A DNA stretch of 64,000 nt, taken from Reclinomonas americana ATCC 50394. Lineage: Eukaryota. The notes under the pieces were generated by a model. The model made no database searches and was not told the origin of the DNA. It saw only the letters and a list, made by a program, of their open reading frames with translations. Position numbers and translations under genes: made by a program. Of this stretch, positions 11,319 to 20,722 are shown piece after piece (position 1 is the first letter of the stretch; every line of letters begins with the position of its first letter). The DNA lies in NCBI GenBank assembly GCA_048213135.1, contig PS015009.1, forward strand, positions 620,001-684,000, in the 5' to 3' direction.

Positions 11319-11390
11319 GTTATACCGGGGTAACGAGGCATCTCTCAGCGCAGAAAAGAGATTCCTACCCTCGTCGGAATGACCCAAAAT
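11319..11390 (+). repeat. REP/REPIN-like element, copy 1
   Basis: GTTATACCGGGGTAACGAGGCATCTCTC...GAGATTCCTACCCTCGTCGGAATGAC; aligns end to end with 56396-56468. Confidence 0.75.
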
Positions 11391-11432
11391 GAATTTGTAC
11401 CTTCAGCAGCAGTTCCTAAACCTCTAACAGCT

Positions 11433-12020
11433 ATGACGGAAACAGAAAAACTGGCCTATGCCCTGCAGGCTTTCGCCGGCATCACCCCGGAAGACTTTGA
11501 ACTGTCGGCCGGTTACTGGAAAGACAAGACCTTCCGCAAAGGAGATTATTACAACGAGTACCGCCACGTTTGCCAGCACCTCGGCTTTATTACCGACGGC
11601 ATTTTCCGCTCTTACACCGTTGATGAGCGGACAGGTGAAGAAAAAAACGTGTTCCTGTATTCCGCCAATGGCTTTGTGGTAACCTTCAAAAGCTTTATTA
11701 ACCAGGCCCCCTGCGATTACCATACCCAGGCCATGACAGAGGCTTCCGTCATCTACATCCATATCAGCGACCTGCAGGCACTGTACAGGCAGTCGCACCA
11801 GTGGGAAAAGTTCGGCAGGCTGCTGGCCCAGGAGGCTTTCAACATTACGATGACCCGCATAGAAGGCTTTCTTTTTAAAACACCCGAAGAACGATACCTG
11901 GACCTGGTGCAACAGCACCCCGACATATTCAATAACGTTCCGCTTTACCATATTTCTTCCTACCTGGGCATACAGGGCCCCTCTTTAAGCCGCATCCGGA
12001 AAAGAATTTTGGGCAAGTGA
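11433..12020 (+). CDS. Crp/Fnr-family transcriptional regulator
   Basis: cNMP-binding fold plus TPEERYLDL...VPLYHISSYLGIQGPSLSRIRK HTH. Start moved to MTETEK because the upstream ATG lies inside the REP. Confidence 0.9.
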   Translation: MTETEKLAYALQAFAGITPEDFELSAGYWKDKTFRKGDYYNEYRHVCQHLGFITDGIFRSYTVDERTGEEKNVFLYSANGFVVTFKSFINQAPCDYHTQAMTEASVIYIHISDLQALYRQSHQWEKFGRLLAQEAFNITMTRIEGFLFKTPEERYLDLVQQHPDIFNNVPLYHISSYLGIQGPSLSRIRKRILGK

Positions 12021-12091
12021 CACGATTTTAACCCAGGTTAAAATTATTGCCGTGACAGCGATAGACATTTGTGGTATAAAATTTAAACATC

Positions 12092-12865
12092 ATGCAAACA
12101 AAAACTATCGTATTCATCCACGGCTTATTCGTGAACAATACCAGCTGGAAACAATGGAAATCATATTTTGAAGCCAAAGACTTTACCGTACATACCCCGG
12201 CCAACCCCGGTCACGACGGCGACCCTGCTGAACTGAAAAAGCACACGCACCCGCAACTTACCCAAAGCGGTTTTAAAGACGTGGTGATGAACATCGCCAA
12301 TCTTATAGACACCCTGCCCGAAAAACCCATCGTAGTAGGCCATTCCCTGGCCGGACTGGTGGTACAAAAACTCATTGAAATGGACAAAGCCGTTGCCGGT
12401 ATCAGCATTGACGGCGCTCCTCCAAAAAATGTGCTGGCTCCCTGGCCCACCATTAAAGTAGTATGGCCGGTAGTAAATTTCTTCAAAGGCAACAGCCCTT
12501 TCCTGGGCAGTAAAGAATGGTACCACCACGCCTTTTTCAACAACTACAGCAAACTGGAAAGCGATCAACTATATGAAACCGTGGCCGTACCCGAAAGCAG
12601 GAAAGTGGCCCGCGACACCCTTCTCACTTCATTTGCCAAAGTCGATTTTAAAAAACCGCACCAGCCCCTGCTGTTCATAGGCGGCGAAAATGACAATATC
12701 TTCTCTTCCCGGTTTACCCGGCGTATTGCCGGTTCTTATAAAGACAAAAACAGTATTACCGATTTTAAAGAATTCGCCAAACGCAGTCACTTCCTTTGTG
12801 GTGAAGAAGGCTGGGAAGAAATAGCAGATTATATCCTCAACTGGATAGAGAAAGTAAATCAATAA
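12092..12865 (+). CDS. Alpha/beta fold hydrolase
   Basis: FIHG oxyanion motif, GHSLAG nucleophile elbow, GGENDNI acid, and His in RSHF. Confidence 0.9.
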   Translation: MQTKTIVFIHGLFVNNTSWKQWKSYFEAKDFTVHTPANPGHDGDPAELKKHTHPQLTQSGFKDVVMNIANLIDTLPEKPIVVGHSLAGLVVQKLIEMDKAVAGISIDGAPPKNVLAPWPTIKVVWPVVNFFKGNSPFLGSKEWYHHAFFNNYSKLESDQLYETVAVPESRKVARDTLLTSFAKVDFKKPHQPLLFIGGENDNIFSSRFTRRIAGSYKDKNSITDFKEFAKRSHFLCGEEGWEEIADYILNWIEKVNQ

Positions 12866-12991
12866 GGGCAGCCTGTTCTGTAACAGGCCGGCTGGCGGAA
12901 GGAATTGACTGCACGAAGTCCCTTCCGCTTGTCCATTTCCTGGTCCCTGGTCAGGCATTCCATATTATCTTTAGTATATAATATCATCGTT

Positions 12992-13340
12992 ATGTTCAAA
13001 AAACTCCGCACCGTTGTTTATTACGTACCCGATCTTGAAAAAGCAAAAGAATGGTATACCCGGCTTACCGGGCAACAACCCTATTTTGACAGCCCCTACT
13101 ACGTTGGTTTCGATTTTAATGGCCACGAACTGGGGCTTCACCCGCAGGAAAAAGACATCAAACCCGGCAACCAGACGGTAAGTCACTGGGCTGTTGATGG
13201 CATAGAAGACTGTGTAAAAAAAAATGAAAGAACACGGCGCCGCCGTTATGCAGGATACAGAAGAAGTGGGCGGCGGTATTAAAGCGGCTACATTGTTAGA
13301 CCCATGGGGTAACGCGGTAGGGTTGATTGAAGGGGCATAA
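12992..13340 (+). pseudogene. VOC/glyoxalase-family protein with one extra A in an A9 run
   Basis: MFKKLRTVVYYVPDLEKAKEWY... continues in another frame as MKEHGAAVMQDTEEVGGGIKAATLLDPWGNAVGLIEGA*. Removing one A from 13216-13224 restores a complete VOC protein. Confidence 0.8.
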
Positions 13341-13395
13341 AAATGGCAGGTACCTTTGACCCGCCATTTTAACCTGTGTTTCCTGATATCGCTTT

Positions 13396-14016
13396 TTAGG
13401 GATCCGTGTCTATTATTATCGTTATGATAATTTTAATTGTCACGTTACCTTCTTTCACTGTAATTGTAATAGTTATTTTAATCTTCAACTGGTTGTCCAG
13501 TTCCTGTGTTTTTGGCGGGTTTTCCACCACAACAGGATATTTCCCCTTCGCGATCCTTACCTCCTGGGGTACATTTTTGATACCTGCATTCTGGTAAGCC
13601 TTCTTAACAAGGTCCCGGGGAAGGTAACTATCTTCTTCTACTGTCATTATACGATTTAATACCAGCTCATTGTATAACTGCCGGGGTAATTTCTGTTTTT
13701 CTATCAGGCAATTGATCGAGGAGGCGTCATCGCTGATCCTTGTAACCCACAGCTTTCCTTTCATCTCATCAGGTGGTATAAAATCATCTGGCCACTCTTT
13801 CCTGGCGTTGTACCATTTGATGCATAAACCAGGCTTTATTGTACATCCCCCGGGTGCCAAAGCACGGTCCAAACGGAAACTAGCCAGTTCGGGCAACCTG
13901 GGTTCTTCCCGGTCAGCTCTCTTATAAACACCCTTACTCGGGCTGCATGCCACAATGCCTGTAAGTAATGTAATAGCCATCCCTATAAAAAGGAATGCGG
14001 TTTTAAAGTGTTTCAT
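13396..14016 (-). CDS. Hypothetical lipoprotein with Ile/Thr-alternating C-terminal beta-hairpin
   Basis: Signal peptide with lipobox IVA-C; CTIKPGLC motif; C-terminus QLKIKITITITVKEGNVTIKIIITIIIDTDP. Confidence 0.7.
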   Translation of the reverse strand: MKHFKTAFLFIGMAITLLTGIVACSPSKGVYKRADREEPRLPELASFRLDRALAPGGCTIKPGLCIKWYNARKEWPDDFIPPDEMKGKLWVTRISDDASSINCLIEKQKLPRQLYNELVLNRIMTVEEDSYLPRDLVKKAYQNAGIKNVPQEVRIAKGKYPVVVENPPKTQELDNQLKIKITITITVKEGNVTIKIIITIIIDTDP

Positions 14017-14168
14017 GATCGTTTAGTTTAGGTTAATGATCTGTTTAAAATATGCCGCGAAAACACTCCGGTAAATTATATTCCGCAGCAAGAGCAAAAC
14101 TGGAAACAATAAAACCCTTCGGCAATGTGTGTTTGACTGAAAGACTGTGATAACGAACGGATCACCCC

Positions 14169-14188
14169 TATCCGTTAAACAACGGATA
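14169..14188. promoter_or_regulatory. Perfect 8-4-8 palindrome, candidate response-regulator operator
   Basis: TATCCGTT-AAAC-AACGGATA between the divergent genes at 14016 and 14287. Confidence 0.5.
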
Positions 14189-14286
14189 CAGAAATAGCTA
14201 AAACCCTGCAAAAATTAAGAAGCACGACAGCTTTCTTTGTGGTATTGATTGTATACACCCTATTGATCAACTCTAAACATCAAACA

Positions 14287-15021
14287 ATGAAAAAATTATT
14301 TCCGGCATTACCTGCTATCGGAATCATCTTCCTGGTCTTTTATTCCTGCAATCTTTCCAAGCCCGGAGGTGGAGGCAGCGTAAATTTTAATGACTATATC
14401 TGCAGCAATTACAAAGATGCACCTGTAAATGAAATGGATAAGAATGATGTCCTGAACATGATAAGCAATTATTATTCAAACCAATATGCAGCTATCAACA
14501 GCGGCACCATTTCATTCAACGGTGGTATACCTTCTACGACAACAATTAAAACCGACAGCCGGGCAGTATTCTTCAGTCTTGATAGCCTCAAACGACTGAT
14601 CTACTATATTGAAAAATCAAGCCAGAATTTTTCCGATGTGGATAAACAAAATCTCGGGGTAAATATTTACTTTGCTTCATACCCTGCCCAAATGCAAATG
14701 CAAAAACACGGATATGACTATACTAACAGGCATACACTTGTCTTTTTGCCTTCCGTTTTCGACAATGCTTCTTCGATTGCCAGAGATTTTGATCCAAGAA
14801 TGACTTTAGGCGGTATAACCGGTACTTCTCCGTTCTACCTGACCGATTCTTTCCTCAGCACCACCTCAACCCTTGTGGGATTAGGAGGCTCCCTCATGCC
14901 GTCACCACCGACGGTTTCTCCCAGTGCCGGCACCATGTCATCCCAGAATCATGGTACCGCCATACCGCCACCGCCTACGCCAACCGGGAATATCATTTTA
15001 GAAAAAACCGATCCTCAATAA
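14287..15021 (+). CDS. Hypothetical lipoprotein, first gene of HK/RR cassette
   Basis: MKKLF...FLVFYS-C lipobox; core FSLDSLKRLIYYIE/GVNIYFASYP/HTLVFLPS; Ser/Pro linker then QNHGTAIPPP tail. Confidence 0.8.
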   Translation: MKKLFPALPAIGIIFLVFYSCNLSKPGGGGSVNFNDYICSNYKDAPVNEMDKNDVLNMISNYYSNQYAAINSGTISFNGGIPSTTTIKTDSRAVFFSLDSLKRLIYYIEKSSQNFSDVDKQNLGVNIYFASYPAQMQMQKHGYDYTNRHTLVFLPSVFDNASSIARDFDPRMTLGGITGTSPFYLTDSFLSTTSTLVGLGGSLMPSPPTVSPSAGTMSSQNHGTAIPPPPTPTGNIILEKTDPQ

Positions 15022-15036
15022 CAAACCGAAATCAAT

Positions 15037-15684
15037 ATGCTTAAGATATCCGCCGCCCTCGTTGTCCTGTGTGAGTTGATCGCCTTCGTAACCTGGCTGG
15101 TCCGTTACAGGAGCAATACAGCCTTACGTCATAAATTATTTACTGTATACCTGGGCATCCTCGCTATAAGTGAAGCACTGAATTTCCTGTTATCCACCCA
15201 GGCTAAGGACATACTGAACCTGTGGATACTCCATGTAAATATTCCTTTACAGATTATTTTTCTCATCTACTTTCTTTTGTATGACTTCAGGAAGAAGACC
15301 AATTTACTGCCGCTGCTGTTATCCGGCATTTACATTTTCTTCTACATCATGGAGCGGCTGCATGTATTCGTATTGCCGGTAAACTTCGACTCTATGTCTT
15401 ACGGCGTGGGCAACCTGCTCCTGATAGCGGCAGTGATCATTGCACTTGTAAACATATTCAGGCAAAGCACTATTGTAGAGTACAATCACAACTCCCAGTT
15501 CTGGATCATTATAGGCATTGTCGTTTTTTATATCGGGTCATTCCCTTATCAGAATTTCAGGAATCAGTTCTGGGCAAACCCTGCTTATTATAATACGGCC
15601 TATGTCATGCATTACCTGACACAGGCATTCAATTGCATTATGTATTTATTATTCGCTTACTCGGTTAAATGGAGAATAAACTAG
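15037..15684 (+). CDS. Hypothetical 6-7 TM membrane protein (candidate sensor partner)
   Basis: Six to seven hydrophobic segments; FWIIIGIVVFYIGSFP motif; overlaps the kinase start by 16 nt. Confidence 0.8.
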   Translation: MLKISAALVVLCELIAFVTWLVRYRSNTALRHKLFTVYLGILAISEALNFLLSTQAKDILNLWILHVNIPLQIIFLIYFLLYDFRKKTNLLPLLLSGIYIFFYIMERLHVFVLPVNFDSMSYGVGNLLLIAAVIIALVNIFRQSTIVEYNHNSQFWIIIGIVVFYIGSFPYQNFRNQFWANPAYYNTAYVMHYLTQAFNCIMYLLFAYSVKWRIN

Positions 15685-16448
15685 ACATATATCTCATCAT
15701 TTTTTTCGCGGCTTTTGTTCTGTTCTTCGCAGGCATAATCGCTTTTTTTATATTGTATAAGAATAAAAGAAAAGTCATGCAACGTGAAAAAGAATTGCTG
15801 CAGCAAATTCATGAACAGGAACTGCTCTCCACCCAACTGGAAATGCAATCACAAACCATGCAGCAGATCGGCAGGGAGATACATGATAATGTGGGACAAA
15901 AATTAACGCTGGCCAGTCTTTATATTCAACAGTTGGGTTATGAGAATAAGGCACCGCAGGTAAAAGACACCATTGACAATGTAAGCAACATCATCAATGA
16001 ATCCCTTGCCGATCTCCGGCAATTATCGAAATCGCTGACAGATGATAATATTGACAGCACCCATATCATCAGCCTGCTGAAAAAAGAATGTGATCATGTA
16101 AGTAAGCTGGGCAAGTGCAGTATTGTTTTTGAGCCGGGCAATTTTCAGTTGCCCCTCTCCTACCAGGCTAAAAGCATTGTACTCCGTGTTGTACAGGAAT
16201 TTTTCCAGAACAGCATCAAACATTCCCGGTGCACACGGCTAAAGCTGGTACTTGATACCGATGATTCACATCTGCGGTTGCATGCGGAAGATAATGGTAA
16301 AGGTTTTGATCCACAGGTTATTCATGACAAAGGGATAGGCCTGGTCAATATGCGCAAACGTACGGAAATGATCGGTGGCGTCTTTCTTCTTGAGAGTGAC
16401 CGTAACGGAACAAGGCTTCATCTTTCCATTCCTTTATTGCAACAATAA
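15669..16448 (+). CDS. Histidine kinase (HisKA_3/HATPase_c), single TM, no sensor domain
   Basis: REIHDNVGQKL H-box, QEFFQNSIKHS N-box, DNGKGF, GIGLVNM. Confidence 0.93.
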   Translation: MENKLDIYLIIFFAAFVLFFAGIIAFFILYKNKRKVMQREKELLQQIHEQELLSTQLEMQSQTMQQIGREIHDNVGQKLTLASLYIQQLGYENKAPQVKDTIDNVSNIINESLADLRQLSKSLTDDNIDSTHIISLLKKECDHVSKLGKCSIVFEPGNFQLPLSYQAKSIVLRVVQEFFQNSIKHSRCTRLKLVLDTDDSHLRLHAEDNGKGFDPQVIHDKGIGLVNMRKRTEMIGGVFLLESDRNGTRLHLSIPLLQQ

Positions 16449-16455
16449 CAACCCC

Positions 16456-17103
16456 ATGAAATATTCCATAGTAATTGCCGATGATCATATCCTGATAGCC
16501 AAAGCGCTGAGTGGCATCATTGAACATTTCAAACAATTTGAAGTACTGTATGAATGTGAGAACGGAGAAGTATTACAGGAACGCTTCCTGTCACCCAAAA
16601 ACATTCCCGATATCGTCCTGCTCGACATCAGTATGCCTGTAATGGATGGTTTTGCCACCGCCCAATGGCTGAAAGAGACACACCCGGAAGTATTGGTGAT
16701 GGCGCTCAGTATGCAGGACGATGAACAAAGCCTGATCAGGATGATCCGTTGCGGCGCCAGGGGGTACCTGCTGAAAAATGTACATCCCGAAGAACTGGAA
16801 AGAGCATTGAACAGCCTCGTCAGCAATGGCGCCTACTACCCCGACTGGGCCACCGCGAAAGTATTTTTGAATATCAGTTCCGATGCTGGTGCCGGCAAAA
16901 CGACTATTGCCTTCACGGAAAGAGAAAAGGAATTTCTTGCGTACTCGGTAACGGAAATGAATTATAAGGAGATCGCCGAAAAAATGTTCTGCAGTCCGCG
17001 TACGGTGGAAAGCTACCGCGATTCACTTTTTGAGAAACTGGGATTGAAGACCCGCGTCGGATTGGCGGTGTATGCCATCAGGAACGGGTTTGGCAATACC
17101 TGA
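16456..17103 (+). CDS. NarL/LuxR-family response regulator
   Basis: IADDH, LLDISMPVMDG, GYLLK receiver motifs; FTEREKE...IAEKMFCSPRTVESYR HTH. Confidence 0.95.
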   Translation: MKYSIVIADDHILIAKALSGIIEHFKQFEVLYECENGEVLQERFLSPKNIPDIVLLDISMPVMDGFATAQWLKETHPEVLVMALSMQDDEQSLIRMIRCGARGYLLKNVHPEELERALNSLVSNGAYYPDWATAKVFLNISSDAGAGKTTIAFTEREKEFLAYSVTEMNYKEIAEKMFCSPRTVESYRDSLFEKLGLKTRVGLAVYAIRNGFGNT

Positions 17104-17104
17104 G

Positions 17105-18925
17105 TTATTTCACCTCCTGCATGTCCACCAGCTTTTTGTAAAAGCCATTCAGTTGTATCAGTGAGTCATGGGTTCCTCTTTCCACGATCTCACCGTGCTG
17201 CAGCACCACGATCTCATCCGCGTGGCGTATGGTAGACAAACGGTGAGCGATCACGATCGATGTGCGGTTGCTCATCAGGTTATTGATGGCTTCCTGTACC
17301 AGTCTTTCGCTTTCCGTATCGAGCGACGAAGTGGCTTCGTCGAGGATAAGGATGGGCGGATTTTTCAATACAGCACGTGCAATGGTCATACGCTGCCTTT
17401 CACCGCCGCTCAGCTTGGAACCGCGTTCGCCCACATTGGTATTATAACCTTCTTCTTTTTGTGTAATGAAGTTGTGCGCATTGGCAATCTTCGCCGCCTG
17501 TTCTACCTGTTCGGTTGAGGCATGGTCAACACCCAGGGCAATGTTATTGGCGATGGTGTCGTTGAAGAGTATGGCTTCCTGCGTTACAATACCCATCTGG
17601 TTGCGGATGGAATGCAGGGAATATTCTTTGATGTTCACCCCGTCGATCAGCACTTCACCCGAACCGGCATCGATAAAGCGGGGAACAAGATCGGCCAGGG
17701 TGCTTTTCCCCGATCCGCTGCTGCCCACCAGGGCTACGGTTTTTCCTTTACCCACCACCAGGTTAATGTTCTTCAGTACCATTTTATCCTCATAGGCAAA
17801 ACTCACGTTCCTCAGTTCAATGGCATGTTCAAAACTGGTAAGTGTTTTCGGATTGGCCTGTTCCTGTATCACTACATGTTCGTTAATCAGGCTTTCAATC
17901 CGTTCAATACTGGCCGATCCTTTCTGGATATTATAAGATGCGCTGGTGAGTCCTTTCAGCGGTTGTATCAGTTGCGTAAAAATAGCGATGTACGCCAGGA
18001 AGTCACCGGCATTCAAAGTAAAAGAAGCATCACCGCTCAATACCAGCCTGCCACCATAATAGAGGATGCACAGCACCGCTGTTACACCCAGTGCTTCCGA
18101 TACCGGTGAAGCCAGGTCGCGGCGGCGGTTGGCCCTGTTTTTTAACTGGTAGAGACTTTCATTCTCTTCATCGAATTTATCCTGTACTTTCTTTTCCGCG
18201 TTGAATGCTTTGATCACCCGTATACCACCCAGTGTTTCCTCAATAGTGGAGAAGATGGTGCCATATTGCTGCAACACCTGGTTATTTTGTTTCTTCAATG
18301 AGCGACCAATCCTGCCCAGGATAATACCGGCAACGGGTAAGAAGATGACCAGGAAGAGTGTGAGCTGCGGACTCAGTATCACCATATAGGTAAAATAGAA
18401 AATGATGGTGATCGGTTCGCGGAAAAGGCTTTCCAGTACGCTGATGGTGGAGCCTTCCACATCGCCCAGGTCGTTGGACAACCGGCTCATAATGTCGCCT
18501 TTCCTTTTTTCACTGAAATAGCCGATGGGGAGGCCGAGTATTTTATTGTACATCCGGCTGCGCATATCATTCAGGATGCGGTTGCGTATCGGGTTCAGCA
18601 CATACATGCTCAGGTAAGCGAAAAGATTCTTCAGCAGGATAGCCGCGAAAACGATGAGACAGATATAACCCAATGCCTTTATATTACCGCCGGGCTGATC
18701 GAGCATGCCGGAGATCCACTCTTTAAGATAATCGATGGGATTGATACCCTGTTTGGGGACAACTTTCAGTATATCGCCCTGGCGGAAGATCAGCATCAGG
18801 AAAGGGCTCAATAAGCCCAGTGAAATGATACCGAAAATGGCAGAAAGAATATTGAAACCGAGATAAGTATACACCAGCCCGGGATAATTACCGATGTATT
18901 TAAAGACCGTTTTTAAGCTCCGCAT
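17105..18925 (-). CDS. ABC exporter, fused permease/ATPase (MsbA-like)
   Basis: N-terminal TM domain, GSSGSGKS Walker A, LSGGERQR signature, ILDEATSSLD. Confidence 0.93.
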   Translation of the reverse strand: MRSLKTVFKYIGNYPGLVYTYLGFNILSAIFGIISLGLLSPFLMLIFRQGDILKVVPKQGINPIDYLKEWISGMLDQPGGNIKALGYICLIVFAAILLKNLFAYLSMYVLNPIRNRILNDMRSRMYNKILGLPIGYFSEKRKGDIMSRLSNDLGDVEGSTISVLESLFREPITIIFYFTYMVILSPQLTLFLVIFLPVAGIILGRIGRSLKKQNNQVLQQYGTIFSTIEETLGGIRVIKAFNAEKKVQDKFDEENESLYQLKNRANRRRDLASPVSEALGVTAVLCILYYGGRLVLSGDASFTLNAGDFLAYIAIFTQLIQPLKGLTSASYNIQKGSASIERIESLINEHVVIQEQANPKTLTSFEHAIELRNVSFAYEDKMVLKNINLVVGKGKTVALVGSSGSGKSTLADLVPRFIDAGSGEVLIDGVNIKEYSLHSIRNQMGIVTQEAILFNDTIANNIALGVDHASTEQVEQAAKIANAHNFITQKEEGYNTNVGERGSKLSGGERQRMTIARAVLKNPPILILDEATSSLDTESERLVQEAINNLMSNRTSIVIAHRLSTIRHADEIVVLQHGEIVERGTHDSLIQLNGFYKKLVDMQEVK

Positions 18926-18997
18926 GGGCGATTATATAGATTAACGCTGAAATAAACGTACAAAGTAACTAATTTTACAGCTATAAATCAGGAACAA

Positions 18998-19366
18998 ATG
19001 GTAGAAGGTAAAAGGCAGAAACAGGTAGCAGGACTGCTCAATAAGGAGTTGAGCGATATTTTCCAGCGGCTGGGCATCAGCATGATGGACGGTGGTATGG
19101 TATCCATCTCTTCGGTAAAAATCACCCCCGACCTGTACGAGGCCCGTATTTACCTGAGTTTCTTTAAAATTGAGGATTCAGTGGGGGCGCTGAAAAAGAT
19201 AGAGGAACGCACCTGGGAGATCAAGAAAGAGCTTACCGCAAGGGTACGCCACCAACTGCGCAGTATGCCCACCCTCACATTCTATATCGACGATACCCTG
19301 GATTACGTGGATAAAATTGAGCAGTTGTTCAAAGACATTAAAAAGGACGATAACAAAAGCCAATAG
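18998..19366 (+). CDS. rbfA: Ribosome-binding factor A
   Basis: VSISSVKITPDLYEARIYLS...RHQLRSMPTLTFYIDD; lies upstream of a lolC/E-like gene. Confidence 0.93.
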   Translation: MVEGKRQKQVAGLLNKELSDIFQRLGISMMDGGMVSISSVKITPDLYEARIYLSFFKIEDSVGALKKIEERTWEIKKELTARVRHQLRSMPTLTFYIDDTLDYVDKIEQLFKDIKKDDNKSQ

Positions 19367-19392
19367 TCCCTTGCCGGGGGCATTACCTTAAC

Positions 19393-20613
19393 ATGTACCT
19401 ACGTTTTGCCTGGCGTTATTTTAAATCTAAGAAATCGGCCAACGCGATCAATATCATCGCCTGGGTAACGGTTGGCGTGATCGCTTTCGCCACCTGCTGC
19501 CAGGTGCTGGTGCTGAGTGTTTTCAACGGTTTCGAGGACCTGGTCAAATCGCTTTACTCCTCTTTTTATACGGATATCAAAGTCGTCCCCGCCAGGGGTA
19601 AGACCTTTACGTTACAGCCTTCGCAGATTGATGCCATCCATAAACAAGCCGGTATTGCCTATGCTTCGCTCATCGCTGAAGAAAAAGCCCTGCTTAAAAA
19701 TGGCGAAGCGCAAACCGTCATCTACCTGAAAGGGGTGGACGACGACTATGCCCGGGTAAGCGGTGTTCCGGAGAAAGTGACCCGTGGCAAATACTTCACC
19801 GGCACCCCCGACGCACCCACGCTGGTATCGGGTACGGGCATTCATAATGCGGCGGGCATGAGCCTTTCTCCGCTGGAGCCGGGAGACACACCAACTATCA
19901 TATTGCCCCGGAGAGGCATATCCGGCGCCGACCTGCTGGAATCCATCAGCGAAGGGCATGTGCAGCCGGCAGGCGTATTTGCCATACAGCAGGAATTTGA
20001 CGATAAATATGCCATCACCAATATTGGTTTTGTAAAAGCTCAACTGGGACTGGGTGCCGATGAATACAGCGCTGTTGAGATAAAACTGGCAGAAAAGGCC
20101 GATCCCAAACAGGTGCAAAAGGCCCTGCAATCCCTGCTGGGCAAAGAATACAACGTATTTACCCGGTACGAACAGAACCGTTCGCTGTACGCTACCATGC
20201 AGTTGGAAAAGCTGGCCATTTACGGGGTGTTCACCCTTATTCTTATCATTGTAGCGTTTAATATGGTGAGCGCCCTTACCATGCTGGTGCTGGAGAAGAA
20301 AAAAGACATCAGCGTATTGCAAAGCATGGGAGCCGGAAGGAGCATGATACTGAAGATATTTCTTTCAGAAGGCCTGTTATTGGGCGGAATCGGTTCCGTT
20401 ATTGGAATTGTACTGGCCACCATCATATGCCTGCTGCAACTGAAATTCAAACTCATCAAAATAGAAGGAGGGTCTTTCCTGCTGGATTATTTTCCCGTAA
20501 AAATGATGGCTTCCGACTTCCTCTTCGTTGCCCTTATCGCCGCCTTCATCGCTTTTGCCGCGGCCTGGTTTCCGGCCAGGAAGGCGTCCAGGCAAGTGTT
20601 TGAGTTAAGATAA
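19393..20613 (+). CDS. LolC/E-family ABC permease
   Basis: FAWRYF, VLSVFNGFE, EKKKDISVLQSMGA, IFLSEG and final PARKAS (MacB/FtsX architecture). Confidence 0.9.
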   Translation: MYLRFAWRYFKSKKSANAINIIAWVTVGVIAFATCCQVLVLSVFNGFEDLVKSLYSSFYTDIKVVPARGKTFTLQPSQIDAIHKQAGIAYASLIAEEKALLKNGEAQTVIYLKGVDDDYARVSGVPEKVTRGKYFTGTPDAPTLVSGTGIHNAAGMSLSPLEPGDTPTIILPRRGISGADLLESISEGHVQPAGVFAIQQEFDDKYAITNIGFVKAQLGLGADEYSAVEIKLAEKADPKQVQKALQSLLGKEYNVFTRYEQNRSLYATMQLEKLAIYGVFTLILIIVAFNMVSALTMLVLEKKKDISVLQSMGAGRSMILKIFLSEGLLLGGIGSVIGIVLATIICLLQLKFKLIKIEGGSFLLDYFPVKMMASDFLFVALIAAFIAFAAAWFPARKASRQVFELR

Positions 20614-20654
20614 TTAAAGAATGAAGAATGAATTTACAACGATACTTTCTATAA

Positions 20655-20690
20655 AATAAAAATGAGCTCGTGATGTATCACGAGCTCATT
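20655..20690. terminator. Terminator between convergent genes
   Basis: AATGAGCTCGTGAT/ATCACGAGCTCATT perfect inverted repeat. Confidence 0.75.
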
Positions 20691-20722
20691 CATTAATTCC
20701 TTCATTCTTTCATTTCTTAATT

